From Escherichia phage HP3, in sequence record NC_041919.1: a stretch of DNA of 64,000 nucleotides. One strand, 5' to 3'. Positions within the stretch are counted from its first letter, which is position 1. Every line of letters begins with the position of its first letter. Of this stretch, positions 18,167 through 26,785 are shown in pieces. Position numbers and translations under genes: made by a program. The notes under the pieces are model-generated. The model made no database searches and had not been told where the DNA came from. It saw only the letters and a program-made list of their open reading frames with translations.

Positions 18167-19980
18167 CAATTGAAAAAGAAATTGAAGGATTGATTCATAA
18201 AACTAATAAAGACCTTTTGAACGAGAATGCTAATAAAGATTCTCGTGTTTTTCCAACTCAACGGGACCTTATGGCTGGTATTGTGTCTAAACACATTGCC
18301 AAAAATATGGTCCCGTCTTTTATTATGAAAGCGCATGAAAGCGGAATTATTCATTTCCATGATATTGATTATTCCCCTGCTCTTCCATTTACTAATTGTT
18401 GTTTAGTAGATTTAAAAGGAATGCTTGAGAACGGATTTAAGCTTGGTAATGCGCAGATTGAAACTCCTAAATCAATCGGTGTTGCTACTGCAATTATGGC
18501 ACAAATTACTGCACAGGTTGCTTCCCATCAATATGGCGGAACGACTTTTGCGAATGTAGATAAAGTACTTTCTCCTTATGTTAAACGCACATATGCAAAA
18601 CATATTGAGGATGCAGAAAAATGGCAAATCGCTGATGCGTTGAATTATGCTCAATCTAAAACAGAAAAAGACGTATACGATGCATTCCAAGCTTATGAAT
18701 ATGAAGTAAATACTCTCTTTAGTTCAAACGGACAAACACCTTTTGTAACAATTACATTTGGTACGGGAACTGACTGGACTGAACGAATGATTCAGAAAGC
18801 AATTCTGAAAAATCGTATTAAAGGTCTTGGTCGTGATGGGATAACTCCTATTTTCCCTAAGCTTGTTATGTTTGTTGAAGAAGGTGTTAATCTTTATAAA
18901 GACGATCCGAACTATGATATTAAGCAGCTTGCTCTAGAGTGTGCAAGCAAAAGGATGTATCCTGATATTATTTCAGCTAAGAACAATAAAGCTATCACTG
19001 GTTCATCTGTTCCTGTTTCTCCAATGGGTTGCCGTAGTTTCTTGAGCGTATGGAAAGATTCGACTGGTAATGAAATTCTTGATGGACGTAATAATCTTGG
19101 TGTTGTAACACTGAATCTTCCTCGTATTGCGTTGGATTCTTATATTGGAACACAGTTCAATGAACAGAAATTTGTTAAATTATTCAATGAGCGAATGGAT
19201 TTATGTTTTGAAGCTTTGATGTGTAGAATTAGTTCCTTAAAAGGAGTTAAAGCGACTGTTGCTCCTATTCTTTACCAAGAAGGTGCATTCGGGGTTCGTC
19301 TTAAACCTGATGACGATATAATTGAGTTATTTAAAAATGGTAGAAGTTCAGTGTCTTTAGGATACATTGGTATTCACGAATTGAATATTCTTGTCGGTCG
19401 TGATATTGGACAGGAAATTTTAACTAAAATGAATGCTCGTCTTAAACAGTGGACTGAAAGAACTGGGTTTGCTTTTAGCTTGTATTCTACTCCTGCTGAA
19501 AACCTTTGCTATCGCTTCTGTAAACTTGATACAGAAAAATATGGAAGTGTAAAGGATGTTACTGATAAAGGCTGGTACACTAACAGTTTCCATGTTTCAG
19601 TAGAAGAAAATATTACTCCGTTTGAAAAGATTTCTCGCGAAGCCCCGTATCATTTCATTGCAACAGGTGGTCACATTTCTTATGTTGAACTTCCTGATAT
19701 GAAAAATAACTTAAAAGGTCTTGAGGCTGTATGGGATTATGCTGCACAACATTTAGATTATTTTGGTGTTAATATGCCAGTAGATAAATGTTTTACGTGT
19801 GGAAGTACCCATGAAATGACTCCTACTGAAAACGGGTTTGTTTGTTCTATTTGTGGAGAAACTGATCCTAAAAAGATGAACACAATAAGAAGAACATGCG
19901 GTTATTTGGGAAACCCGAACGAACGCGGATTTAATCTCGGTAAAAATAAAGAAATCATGCATAGGGTTAAACACCAATGA
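18163..19980 (+). CDS. nrdD: anaerobic ribonucleoside-triphosphate reductase NrdD (605 aa), intron-less
   Basis: 605 aa continuous ORF; C-terminal glycyl-radical motif RRTCGYLG and Cys cluster CFTCGS..CSICGE. Confidence 0.95.
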   Translation: MTIEKEIEGLIHKTNKDLLNENANKDSRVFPTQRDLMAGIVSKHIAKNMVPSFIMKAHESGIIHFHDIDYSPALPFTNCCLVDLKGMLENGFKLGNAQIETPKSIGVATAIMAQITAQVASHQYGGTTFANVDKVLSPYVKRTYAKHIEDAEKWQIADALNYAQSKTEKDVYDAFQAYEYEVNTLFSSNGQTPFVTITFGTGTDWTERMIQKAILKNRIKGLGRDGITPIFPKLVMFVEEGVNLYKDDPNYDIKQLALECASKRMYPDIISAKNNKAITGSSVPVSPMGCRSFLSVWKDSTGNEILDGRNNLGVVTLNLPRIALDSYIGTQFNEQKFVKLFNERMDLCFEALMCRISSLKGVKATVAPILYQEGAFGVRLKPDDDIIELFKNGRSSVSLGYIGIHELNILVGRDIGQEILTKMNARLKQWTERTGFAFSLYSTPAENLCYRFCKLDTEKYGSVKDVTDKGWYTNSFHVSVEENITPFEKISREAPYHFIATGGHISYVELPDMKNNLKGLEAVWDYAAQHLDYFGVNMPVDKCFTCGSTHEMTPTENGFVCSICGETDPKKMNTIRRTCGYLGNPNERGFNLGKNKEIMHRVKHQ

Positions 19981-20609
19981 ATTATGACAGAATCTATTCA
20001 AATCTAGTTAATTCTGCTGAACACCCATCTAAGCCCCGTCAAACTAAAGCCGGGTATGAACTTCATCATATAATTCCAAGAAGTATGGGTGGTTCAGATG
20101 ATTTAGACAACTTAGTATTTTTAACTTATAAGGCCCACTATACTGCTCACCATTTATTGGCTAAAATATATGGTGGAAAGATGTATGATGCATATTGGAT
20201 AATGAGTAATAGTAAGCATAGAAAAGTTACTTCTTCACAATACGCGTATGCAAAAGCTAAGAAATTTGAAAATCAGCGTGGCGCAAAAAGAAGCGATAAA
20301 ACTAAGAAGCTAATGAGCATAGCTAGGTCTAAAGTAACTCTTCCTGATGATTTTGGAAAAAGGATATCTGATGGGCTAACAGGAAGAACTTTGTCTACTA
20401 GTCATAAAGAGCATATCAAAAATAGTTCTAGAAATCGCTTTAACACCAAAACGGTTATTGGCTATTCACCAGACGGAAATACAATAGAACTAACTGGAGC
20501 AACTGAAATAAGAAATGCAGGATTTTTTCATTCTGCTGTTTATAAATGTTGCAAAGGAATTCAATCTATTCATAAGGGATATACTTGGAAATATAAAGAT
20601 GAATTATGA
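19977..20609 (+). CDS. HNH homing endonuclease (210 aa)
   Basis: HNH motif ELHHIIPRSMGGSDDLDNLVFLTYKAHYTAHH; C-terminal NUMOD-like DNA-binding repeats; starts in ATGA overlap with nrdD stop. Confidence 0.8.
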   Translation: MNYDRIYSNLVNSAEHPSKPRQTKAGYELHHIIPRSMGGSDDLDNLVFLTYKAHYTAHHLLAKIYGGKMYDAYWIMSNSKHRKVTSSQYAYAKAKKFENQRGAKRSDKTKKLMSIARSKVTLPDDFGKRISDGLTGRTLSTSHKEHIKNSSRNRFNTKTVIGYSPDGNTIELTGATEIRNAGFFHSAVYKCCKGIQSIHKGYTWKYKDEL

Positions 20610-21069
20610 TAGAATTTATCCATGCGATTTCGTTAACGGCCCTGGATGTAGGGTCGTTCTCTTCGTCACTGGATGTTTGCATAAATGCGAAGGTTGTTAT
20701 AATCGTAGTACTTGGAATGCTCGTAACGGACAGTTATTCACTATGAATACCGTTAAAGAACTTGCGTCCCATTTAAGCAAATCGTATATCCAAGGCCTTA
20801 CCTTAACCGGTGGTGACCCACTTTATCCACAGAACCGAGAAGAGATTTCAAATTTAGTTTCTTGGGTTAAAGCAAGATTTCCTGAGAAAGACATTTGGTT
20901 GTGGACAGGATATAAGTTTGAAGATATTAAACAACTAGAAATGCTTAAATATGTTGATGTTATTATTGATGGGAAGTATGAGAAAAATCTTCCGACCAAA
21001 AAGCTGTGGCGAGGATCAGATAATCAGCGACTTTGGTCAAATACCGATGGGGTGTGGACACATGATTAA
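20599..21069 (+). CDS. nrdG: anaerobic RNR activase NrdG (156 aa)
   Basis: Radical-SAM CxxxCxxC (CLHKCEGC); 156 aa as T4 NrdG; ATG 20599 inside track ORF 20515-21069. Confidence 0.9.
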   Translation: MNYDRIYPCDFVNGPGCRVVLFVTGCLHKCEGCYNRSTWNARNGQLFTMNTVKELASHLSKSYIQGLTLTGGDPLYPQNREEISNLVSWVKARFPEKDIWLWTGYKFEDIKQLEMLKYVDVIIDGKYEKNLPTKKLWRGSDNQRLWSNTDGVWTHD

Positions 21070-21184
21070 ATTGAATTACATTATGGATACTATAAATGAT
21101 ATGATTTTTCATTTTGGTCCAGAATTTTATTCGCAGTATAGTTTAGTGCTTATCAATGCTTGGTTAATCAATTAAGGGTAAAAT

Positions 21185-21400
21185 ATGTATAAATTTCGTA
21201 AAGGTTTAGCTGATTTTCTTACAACTGTAACGTTCTTTCTGTTTATGGCAGTTGGAGCTATTTTCCTTATTCCTTTTATTGCTATATTTTTCGTGATTAG
21301 TTTGATTTCTCCAGAAAAGAGTTTATCTTCTAGCGAGTTCAATGAGCGTCTGGATAAAATTACTAACAAGCTGAATTCTGTTCTTGATAAAAAGGCTTAA
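21185..21400 (+). CDS. small membrane protein (71 aa)
   Basis: Hydrophobic core FLFMAVGAIFLIPFIAIFFVISLI. Confidence 0.5.
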   Translation: MYKFRKGLADFLTTVTFFLFMAVGAIFLIPFIAIFFVISLISPEKSLSSSEFNERLDKITNKLNSVLDKKA

Positions 21401-21402
21401 TT

Positions 21403-21714
21403 ATGATTAGTTTTGAGCGGTATGTGGTAGAGAGTTGGAAGGGTTTTGATATGTTCGGTAATGACTATTATTTTTACGAATGTAGTCTAAATCCTAGTTT
21501 TTGGGCTGGACGTGAACGAGATCTCGAAGAAATTAATGCTCGTGCCGAATTGTTAGGTGAACTGCCTACGGTTTATTTTACCTTTGATGCATCTGGATTT
21601 GTTATCCAGGTTTATTTTCCTGAAGAAAACTCTGGTGAGGATTCTGTTAACCCGCCATACTGGGCTTATCAAGGAATTATTTCTCGTGGAACAAAACTCG
21701 AACTTAAAGAATAA
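21403..21714 (+). CDS. hypothetical protein (103 aa)
   Basis: Track ORF. Confidence 0.55.
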   Translation: MISFERYVVESWKGFDMFGNDYYFYECSLNPSFWAGRERDLEEINARAELLGELPTVYFTFDASGFVIQVYFPEENSGEDSVNPPYWAYQGIISRGTKLELKE

Positions 21715-21715
21715 G

Positions 21716-22009
21716 ATTGAAATCTATGGCATCCCCGAAGAAGTAGGTCGTTGTCCTGGATGTCAATCAGTTACAAAACTTCTAAAGGAGCTCAATGCTC
21801 CTTTTACTTTCTATAAAGTTCTTACAAATAATGGTAAGATTGAGTATGATCGTCCACTGATTGTATCTCTTGCTAAACGTGCTGGATTCACATCTCTTAA
21901 CATTCGTTATCCAGTCATTTTCATTAATGATTCTAGACAAAAGAACATTAAACACTTCAAAGAAACTCTCATTTCACTTGGATATGATAGAGATATCATA
22001 GAAGATTAA
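21716..22009 (+). CDS. glutaredoxin-like (NrdH-like) protein, start codon uncertain
   Basis: KIEIYGIPEEVGRCPGCQ redoxin motif; no in-frame ATG near the conserved N-terminus (candidates ATT 21716 or GTG 21686). Confidence 0.45.
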   Translation: MEIYGIPEEVGRCPGCQSVTKLLKELNAPFTFYKVLTNNGKIEYDRPLIVSLAKRAGFTSLNIRYPVIFINDSRQKNIKHFKETLISLGYDRDIIED

Positions 22010-22012
22010 GAC

Positions 22013-22033
22013 GGGCCCTCTGGGCCTTTCTTT
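22013..22033 (+). terminator. possible terminator hairpin
   Basis: GGCCC-TCT-GGGCC followed by T-rich run. Confidence 0.4.
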
Positions 22034-22107
22034 CTCACATTCTGTATATTACCATTCTAAGTTATCGTTCCCTTCTTATCATTCCCTAAAATATTTTTCA
22101 CAAAGTT

Positions 22108-22137
22108 GTTTACAACAAGTTCAAACCGTGGTATTAT
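22108..22137 (+). promoter_or_regulatory. T4-type early promoter
   Basis: GTTTAC 22108-22113, TATTAT 22132-22137, A/T-rich upstream element. Confidence 0.55.
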
Positions 22138-22167
22138 TAACATATGAATTGCCTTTGAGGAATTGAT

Positions 22168-22344
22168 ATGGTTGATAAAGAGATTAAAAGAGATCAGTAT
22201 TATCGTGTTAATGGACATATCGTTATTGTTACAGCAGTAGATGATTTTGAGGTTCACTATACTTTACTTAAATGGAATAAACGCTTGATTTGCGATCGTG
22301 CTGCATTTAGTTCAGTTGCTAAGGAAATTAAACTCCATGGGTAA
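22168..22344 (+). CDS. hypothetical small protein (58 aa)
   Basis: ATG 22168 after GAGG SD, read from sequence; below track cut-off. Confidence 0.4.
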   Translation: MVDKEIKRDQYYRVNGHIVIVTAVDDFEVHYTLLKWNKRLICDRAAFSSVAKEIKLHG

Positions 22345-22630
22345 AACGTATCGTCGTAAAGACTTGAAAGTTCGTGATTATGACTATTTCGGAAAGCGTA
22401 AAGCTCCTGATGGTGTAAGTCATAAAGATATGGTTGAAAACATTTTTCGCTCAGATAAATGGCGTAGAATGAAAGGTATTGATTCAGAAGTTAAAGATGA
22501 GTTAAATCGTCAATTACGCGGTGAAGTAAGAAAGTTGAAAAAATCAGTTTACATTGACGATGATTTTGATTATAATACTTCTCAACGAGTTGCTAAACGT
22601 AAATCAAACGAGTGTTATCGTTATAGCTGA
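22337..22630 (+). CDS. basic protein (97 aa)
   Basis: ATG 22337 inside track ORF 22298-22630; Lys/Arg-rich. Confidence 0.5.
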   Translation: MGKTYRRKDLKVRDYDYFGKRKAPDGVSHKDMVENIFRSDKWRRMKGIDSEVKDELNRQLRGEVRKLKKSVYIDDDFDYNTSQRVAKRKSNECYRYS

Positions 22631-22637
22631 GGAAAAT

Positions 22638-22769
22638 ATGAATATCAAACGAATGCTTTTTAAGCAGGGGTTATATACTTTAAATGTTACTCCAAAAGGC
22701 GATACAACTAAGTGGTCAGTAAATGACTGGATTAAATTTATTGATGAAAATGGCAATTGGGAAATTTAA
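22638..22769 (+). CDS. hypothetical small protein (43 aa)
   Basis: ATG 22638 after TGAGGAAAAT; track ORF 22554-22769 trimmed. Confidence 0.3.
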   Translation: MNIKRMLFKQGLYTLNVTPKGDTTKWSVNDWIKFIDENGNWEI

Positions 22770-22970
22770 ATGAATCCTGAATCTAAATTATCGCAGCGAA
22801 TTGCTGAAGAACGCGCCAAATTTTTCCAGAACATGAAACACAATGGTATTGAGGATGAAGTTTTTCTAAATTGGTTCTGGAATAATAAGTACACAGCATG
22901 TGAAGGAGCTTTGTCATTGTCAGTCGCAATGATGTACGAAGGCTGGAAGGGTGCCAAAAAGTTTAGCTAA
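22770..22970 (+). CDS. hypothetical protein (66 aa)
   Basis: Track ORF. Confidence 0.5.
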   Translation: MNPESKLSQRIAEERAKFFQNMKHNGIEDEVFLNWFWNNKYTACEGALSLSVAMMYEGWKGAKKFS

Positions 22971-22988
22971 GGGCTTCGGCCCTTTTTT
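22969..22988 (+). terminator. rho-independent terminator
   Basis: AAGGGC-TTCG-GCCCTT + TTTT. Confidence 0.8.
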
Positions 22989-23023
22989 GGATAATAAAAT
23001 TTTAACGTAATTGAGGATAATGT

Positions 23024-23350
23024 ATGACTATTCAAATTAAAAACGCCATCAATTCTTACGCATATGATAAAGTAGTTTCTTTGCTAGAAAAAGGCGATAT
23101 TGTAACTCCTCAAATTTTGGATAAATGGGAAAAAGAGCTTCATCAGACGATGAAACAGAATGATCAGAAGATTGGACGCAATACTGTCCGTGAATTGTTG
23201 GTTCAATATATCTTGTCAGAATTTGATGTTAAAGCTTTTGGTGTAGAATCTAAAGCTTATCAAAAGCATGAAATTTCCGATAAAACTATTCGTCGCATGA
23301 AAAATCAACGCAAGAAAAAATTTGCTGACCTGAAAATTACTAAGGCATAA
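23024..23350 (+). CDS. hypothetical protein (108 aa)
   Basis: Track ORF with GAGGATAATG SD context. Confidence 0.55.
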   Translation: MTIQIKNAINSYAYDKVVSLLEKGDIVTPQILDKWEKELHQTMKQNDQKIGRNTVRELLVQYILSEFDVKAFGVESKAYQKHEISDKTIRRMKNQRKKKFADLKITKA

Positions 23351-23352
23351 TT

Positions 23353-23568
23353 ATGAATGAAGCTCTTATTAACGATTTACGTCTTGCTGGGTATGAAGTA
23401 AATACAAACGGCAGTGGTTTAACTCAAATTGAAGGAAATGGATTCATTCTTGAGTATGAATTTAGCCAATGGTGGTTATATGCCAATTACGGCGAATTGA
23501 TTGAATATGTTGACCAATTTGATTCACTAGATGCAGCTCTTGAAGCGGCTAAGTTGATGAATGTATGA
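23353..23568 (+). CDS. hypothetical protein (71 aa)
   Basis: Track ORF. Confidence 0.5.
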   Translation: MNEALINDLRLAGYEVNTNGSGLTQIEGNGFILEYEFSQWWLYANYGELIEYVDQFDSLDAALEAAKLMNV

Positions 23569-23834
23569 AATTTATTAATATTTCTATTACTATTGAAAAT
23601 TATGGCATTTTCTATGTTGACCAATACATGAAAATTTCATTTTTCCCAAATAAGACTGGTGTTGGATATTGGGAAAGCCATGTTTCTGAATTAAATGAAA
23701 GTGAATATGTTAGTACACATGAAAAGTTTTTAGACTTTTTATATCATGCTGATCTAACTAGTCATTATATAGATATTCATGAATTTAAAAAGATGATGGA
23801 GAAAGTATTCCAAGCATACTGCTTACTTAGATAA
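23565..23834 (+). CDS. hypothetical protein (89 aa)
   Basis: Track ORF with ATGA overlap. Confidence 0.5.
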   Translation: MKFINISITIENYGIFYVDQYMKISFFPNKTGVGYWESHVSELNESEYVSTHEKFLDFLYHADLTSHYIDIHEFKKMMEKVFQAYCLLR

Positions 23835-23847
23835 CTGATATCCTCTA

Positions 23848-23883
23848 TGCTTTAAGATAGATCTTCAAATATTATGATATAAT
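23848..23883 (+). promoter_or_regulatory. possible MotA-box middle promoter within an 8-bp inverted repeat
   Basis: TGCTTTA at 23848-23854; TATTAT 23870-23875 / TATAAT 23878-23883; ATAGATCT...AGATCTAT arms; spacing not ideal. Confidence 0.3.
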
Positions 23884-23912
23884 AGATCTATGAATTGAGC
23901 TAAGAGGTGAAA

Positions 23913-24470
23913 ATGTCAGAAACTAAGCCTAAATATAATTACGTAAACAATAAAGAGCTTTTACAAGCTATTATTGATTGGAAAACAGAATTAGCAAATA
24001 ATAAAGACCCAAATAAAGTAGTTCGTCAGAATGATACTATCGGATTAGCCATTATGCTTATTGCAGAAGGCTTATCTAAACGTTTCAACTTTTCAGGATA
24101 CACCCAGTCTTGGAAACAAGAAATGATTGCAGATGGTATAGAAGCTTCTATTAAGGGGCTTCACAATTTTGATGAAACGAAATATAAAAACCCGCATGCA
24201 TATATAACTCAAGCTTGTTTTAATGCATTCGTCCAACGTATTAAAAAAGAACGTAAGGAAGTTGCAAAGAAATACAGTTACTTCGTTCACAATGTCTATG
24301 ACAGTCGTGACGACGATATGGTTGCGTTAGTAGATGAAACTTTTATTCAAGACATCTACGATAAAATGACGCATTACGAAGAATCAACCTATAGAACACC
24401 GGGGGCTGAAAAGAAAAGTGTTGTAGACGATTCTCCTAGTTTGGATTTTTTATATGAGGCTAACGATTAA
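23913..24470 (+). CDS. 55: late-transcription sigma factor gp55 (185 aa)
   Basis: Starts [20 protein letters not shown] as T4 gp55; 185 aa. Confidence 0.93.
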
Positions 24471-24672
24471 CCTCTCCGGATTCTTGGAAGAAATACCTGA
24501 AGTTGAAGCTATTCCCTATTTACTTAAAATGTATCTCAGGGAAGTTTTAGCTCTTGACATTGATATTGATCCAGAAAATCCGTATGATACCGCTTTTAAA
24601 TCTAATGGTGTAGAATTAAACTATCGGTATCATTTAACAGATGATGATTTTTATTTTATATTAGAGAAATAA
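24454..24672 (+). CDS. hypothetical protein (72 aa)
   Basis: Track ORF. Confidence 0.5.
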
Positions 24673-24673
24673 T

Positions 24674-24991
24674 ATGACTGATAAACCCGAAATTAATGAT
24701 GAAGTGAAAAAGCTTATTTCTTCTATTGAAGAAAAGAACCGTCTTGAAGCAGAAAGAAAAGCAAATAAGTTATTGTCTAAAAATAAACGCGAACTGAATC
24801 GTCTTTATAAGCACGCTCAGATCGCAGCTGAAAATAATAATTTTGCTCAATACGAATATGCTATCAAGAAAAGTCGGGATATTCTAAAACAGCCATATAA
24901 CGATGAACTCATCAGTATTCTTTGGAAGACTACTAGATCGCAGATTGAGGATATGATTGATGCTTACACACGTAAAATTCAAGCGTCTTAA
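24674..24991 (+). CDS. hypothetical protein (105 aa)
   Basis: Track ORF. Confidence 0.55.
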   Translation: MTDKPEINDEVKKLISSIEEKNRLEAERKANKLLSKNKRELNRLYKHAQIAAENNNFAQYEYAIKKSRDILKQPYNDELISILWKTTRSQIEDMIDAYTRKIQAS

Positions 24992-25163
24992 AATTAATGC
25001 AGGATTTACTGAATCTTTGAATGGTCATCTTTGTGTGAAAATTTCTGAAAAAGAATACCATGATAGTTCAATTAAAGAAGTTAATCCTCCTATTGTAAGA
25101 GCAGACCCTAATATGAAAGTGTGGGTTGATTCTTATCAAGTCAAAAAATGGTGGCAGTTATGA
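24957..25163 (+). CDS. hypothetical protein (68 aa)
   Basis: Track ORF. Confidence 0.4.
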   Translation: MMLTHVKFKRLKINAGFTESLNGHLCVKISEKEYHDSSIKEVNPPIVRADPNMKVWVDSYQVKKWWQL

Positions 25164-25336
25164 AAGATGAACACCCAGACTTCTGAAATAGATTATAATA
25201 AAATTCGTTCCTCTAAAGTAGAAATGATGAGACGCTTTAAAGAGTCTTACGATAAAGCTAAAGCAGAAGGAACTATAACATATAGGCGCAGAAAATTTAG
25301 AAGCTCTAATGAGCCTTTGTATGGCGTATTATGTGG

Positions 25337-25356
25337 ATAGGAGCTTCGGCTCCTAT
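25337..25356 (+). terminator. hairpin, possible terminator
   Basis: ATAGGAGC-TTCG-GCTCCTAT, no long T-run. Confidence 0.4.
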
Positions 25357-25358
25357 AT

Positions 25359-25382
25359 TGCTTTATAAATTTTTGGTAAAAT
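25359..25382 (+). promoter_or_regulatory. MotA-box middle promoter for a-gt
   Basis: TGCTTTA 25359-25365, 11 nt, TAAAAT 25377-25382. Confidence 0.45.
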
Positions 25383-25406
25383 AAACCAAAACAAAGAGGA
25401 TATTAA

Positions 25407-26609
25407 ATGAAAGTATGTATTTTTATGGCTCGAGGTCTTGAAGGTTGTGGTGTAACAAAATTCTCACTCGAGCAACGTGATTGGTTTATTAAGAATGGTC
25501 ATGAAGTAACTTTGGTTTATGCTAAAGATAAATCATTTACTCGTACAAGTTCTCATGACCACAAATCATTTTCAATTCCAGTTATTTTAGCTAAAGAATA
25601 CGATAAAGCACTTAAGCTGGTAAATGATTGTGATATTCTAATTATTAATTCTGTTCCTGCTACTTCCGTTCAAGAAGCCACGATTAATAACTATAAAAAA
25701 CTTTTAGATAATATTAAACCTTCTATTCGTGTTGTAGTTTATCAGCATGATCATTCTGTTCTTTCTTTGCGTCGAAATTTGGGATTAGAAGAAACTGTTC
25801 GTCGAGCTGATGTTATTTTTAGTCATTCTGATAATGGCGATTTTAATAAAGTTCTGATGAAAGAATGGTATCCAGAAACTGTTTCTCTGTTTGATGATAT
25901 TGAAGAAGCACCAACAGTATATAATTTTCAGCCTCCTATGGATATTGCGAAAGTTCGATCAACCTACTGGAAAGATGTTTCTGAAATTAACATGAATATC
26001 AATCGTTGGATTGGTCGTACGACTACATGGAAAGGTTTTTACCAGATGTTTGATTTTCACGAAAAATTCTTAAAACCTGCTGGTAAATCCACTGTAATGG
26101 AAGGTCTTGAACGTTCCCCTGCTTTTATTGCAATTAAGGAAAAAGGTATTCCGTATGAATATTACGGTAATCGTGAGATCGATAAAATGAATCTCACGCC
26201 GAATCAACCGGCACAAATCCTAGATTGTTATATTAATAGTGAAATGCTTGAACGAATGAGTAAATCTGGCTTTGGATATCAGTTGAGTAAACTTAACCAG
26301 AAATACTTACAACGCTCACTAGAATATACTCATCTTGAATTAGGTGCTTGCGGTACAATTCCTGTTTTCTGGAAATCTACTGGCGAAAATTTAAAATTCC
26401 GTGTTGATAATACTCCTTTGACCTCGCATGATAGCGGTATCATTTGGTTTGATGAAAATGACATGGAATCAACATTCGAGCGTATTAAAGAACTGTCATC
26501 TGACCGAGCTCTTTATGACCGTGAGCGAGAAAAAGCATATGAATTTTTGTATCAGCATCAAGATTCAAGCTTCTGCTTTAAAGAACAGTTTGACATTATT
26601 ACAAAATAA
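25407..26609 (+). CDS. a-gt: DNA alpha-glucosyltransferase (400 aa)
   Basis: 400 aa; N-terminus CIFMARGLEGCGVTKFSLEQRDWFIKNGHEV as I recall for T4 AGT. Confidence 0.92.
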   Translation: MKVCIFMARGLEGCGVTKFSLEQRDWFIKNGHEVTLVYAKDKSFTRTSSHDHKSFSIPVILAKEYDKALKLVNDCDILIINSVPATSVQEATINNYKKLLDNIKPSIRVVVYQHDHSVLSLRRNLGLEETVRRADVIFSHSDNGDFNKVLMKEWYPETVSLFDDIEEAPTVYNFQPPMDIAKVRSTYWKDVSEINMNINRWIGRTTTWKGFYQMFDFHEKFLKPAGKSTVMEGLERSPAFIAIKEKGIPYEYYGNREIDKMNLTPNQPAQILDCYINSEMLERMSKSGFGYQLSKLNQKYLQRSLEYTHLELGACGTIPVFWKSTGENLKFRVDNTPLTSHDSGIIWFDENDMESTFERIKELSSDRALYDREREKAYEFLYQHQDSSFCFKEQFDIITK

Positions 26610-26625
26610 AGGGCTTCGGCCCTTT
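26608..26625 (+). terminator. terminator hairpin
   Basis: AAAGGGC-TTCG-GCCCTTT. Confidence 0.6.
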
Positions 26626-26650
26626 AGCTTTATACGGAGTTTGATATAAT
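26626..26650 (+). promoter_or_regulatory. MotA-box-like middle promoter for gene 47
   Basis: AGCTTTA 26626-26632, 12 nt, TATAAT 26645-26650; same cassette as 58071-58113. Confidence 0.45.
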
Positions 26651-26785
26651 GATATTTCTTGGATATGTGATACTTTTTCTCGCGTTTTATCTATTCACTA
26701 GAGCATGTTGGATTGGGTTCTTTAGCACTCCAGATGGATTTATTTCAATAATTTTATTTTGCATTTCAATGACGGTTCTTGATAT

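Noticed and set aside
18163-19980. Group I intron / intron-encoded endonuclease in nrdD as in T4
   Set aside because: nrdD is one continuous 605-codon ORF with no interruption; the endonuclease present is a free-standing HNH gene downstream, not intron-encoded.
25364-25371. TATAAATT as a late promoter upstream of a-gt
   Set aside because: One mismatch to TATAAATA and it overlaps a better-fitting MotA box plus -10 arrangement; a-gt is not expected to be a late gene.
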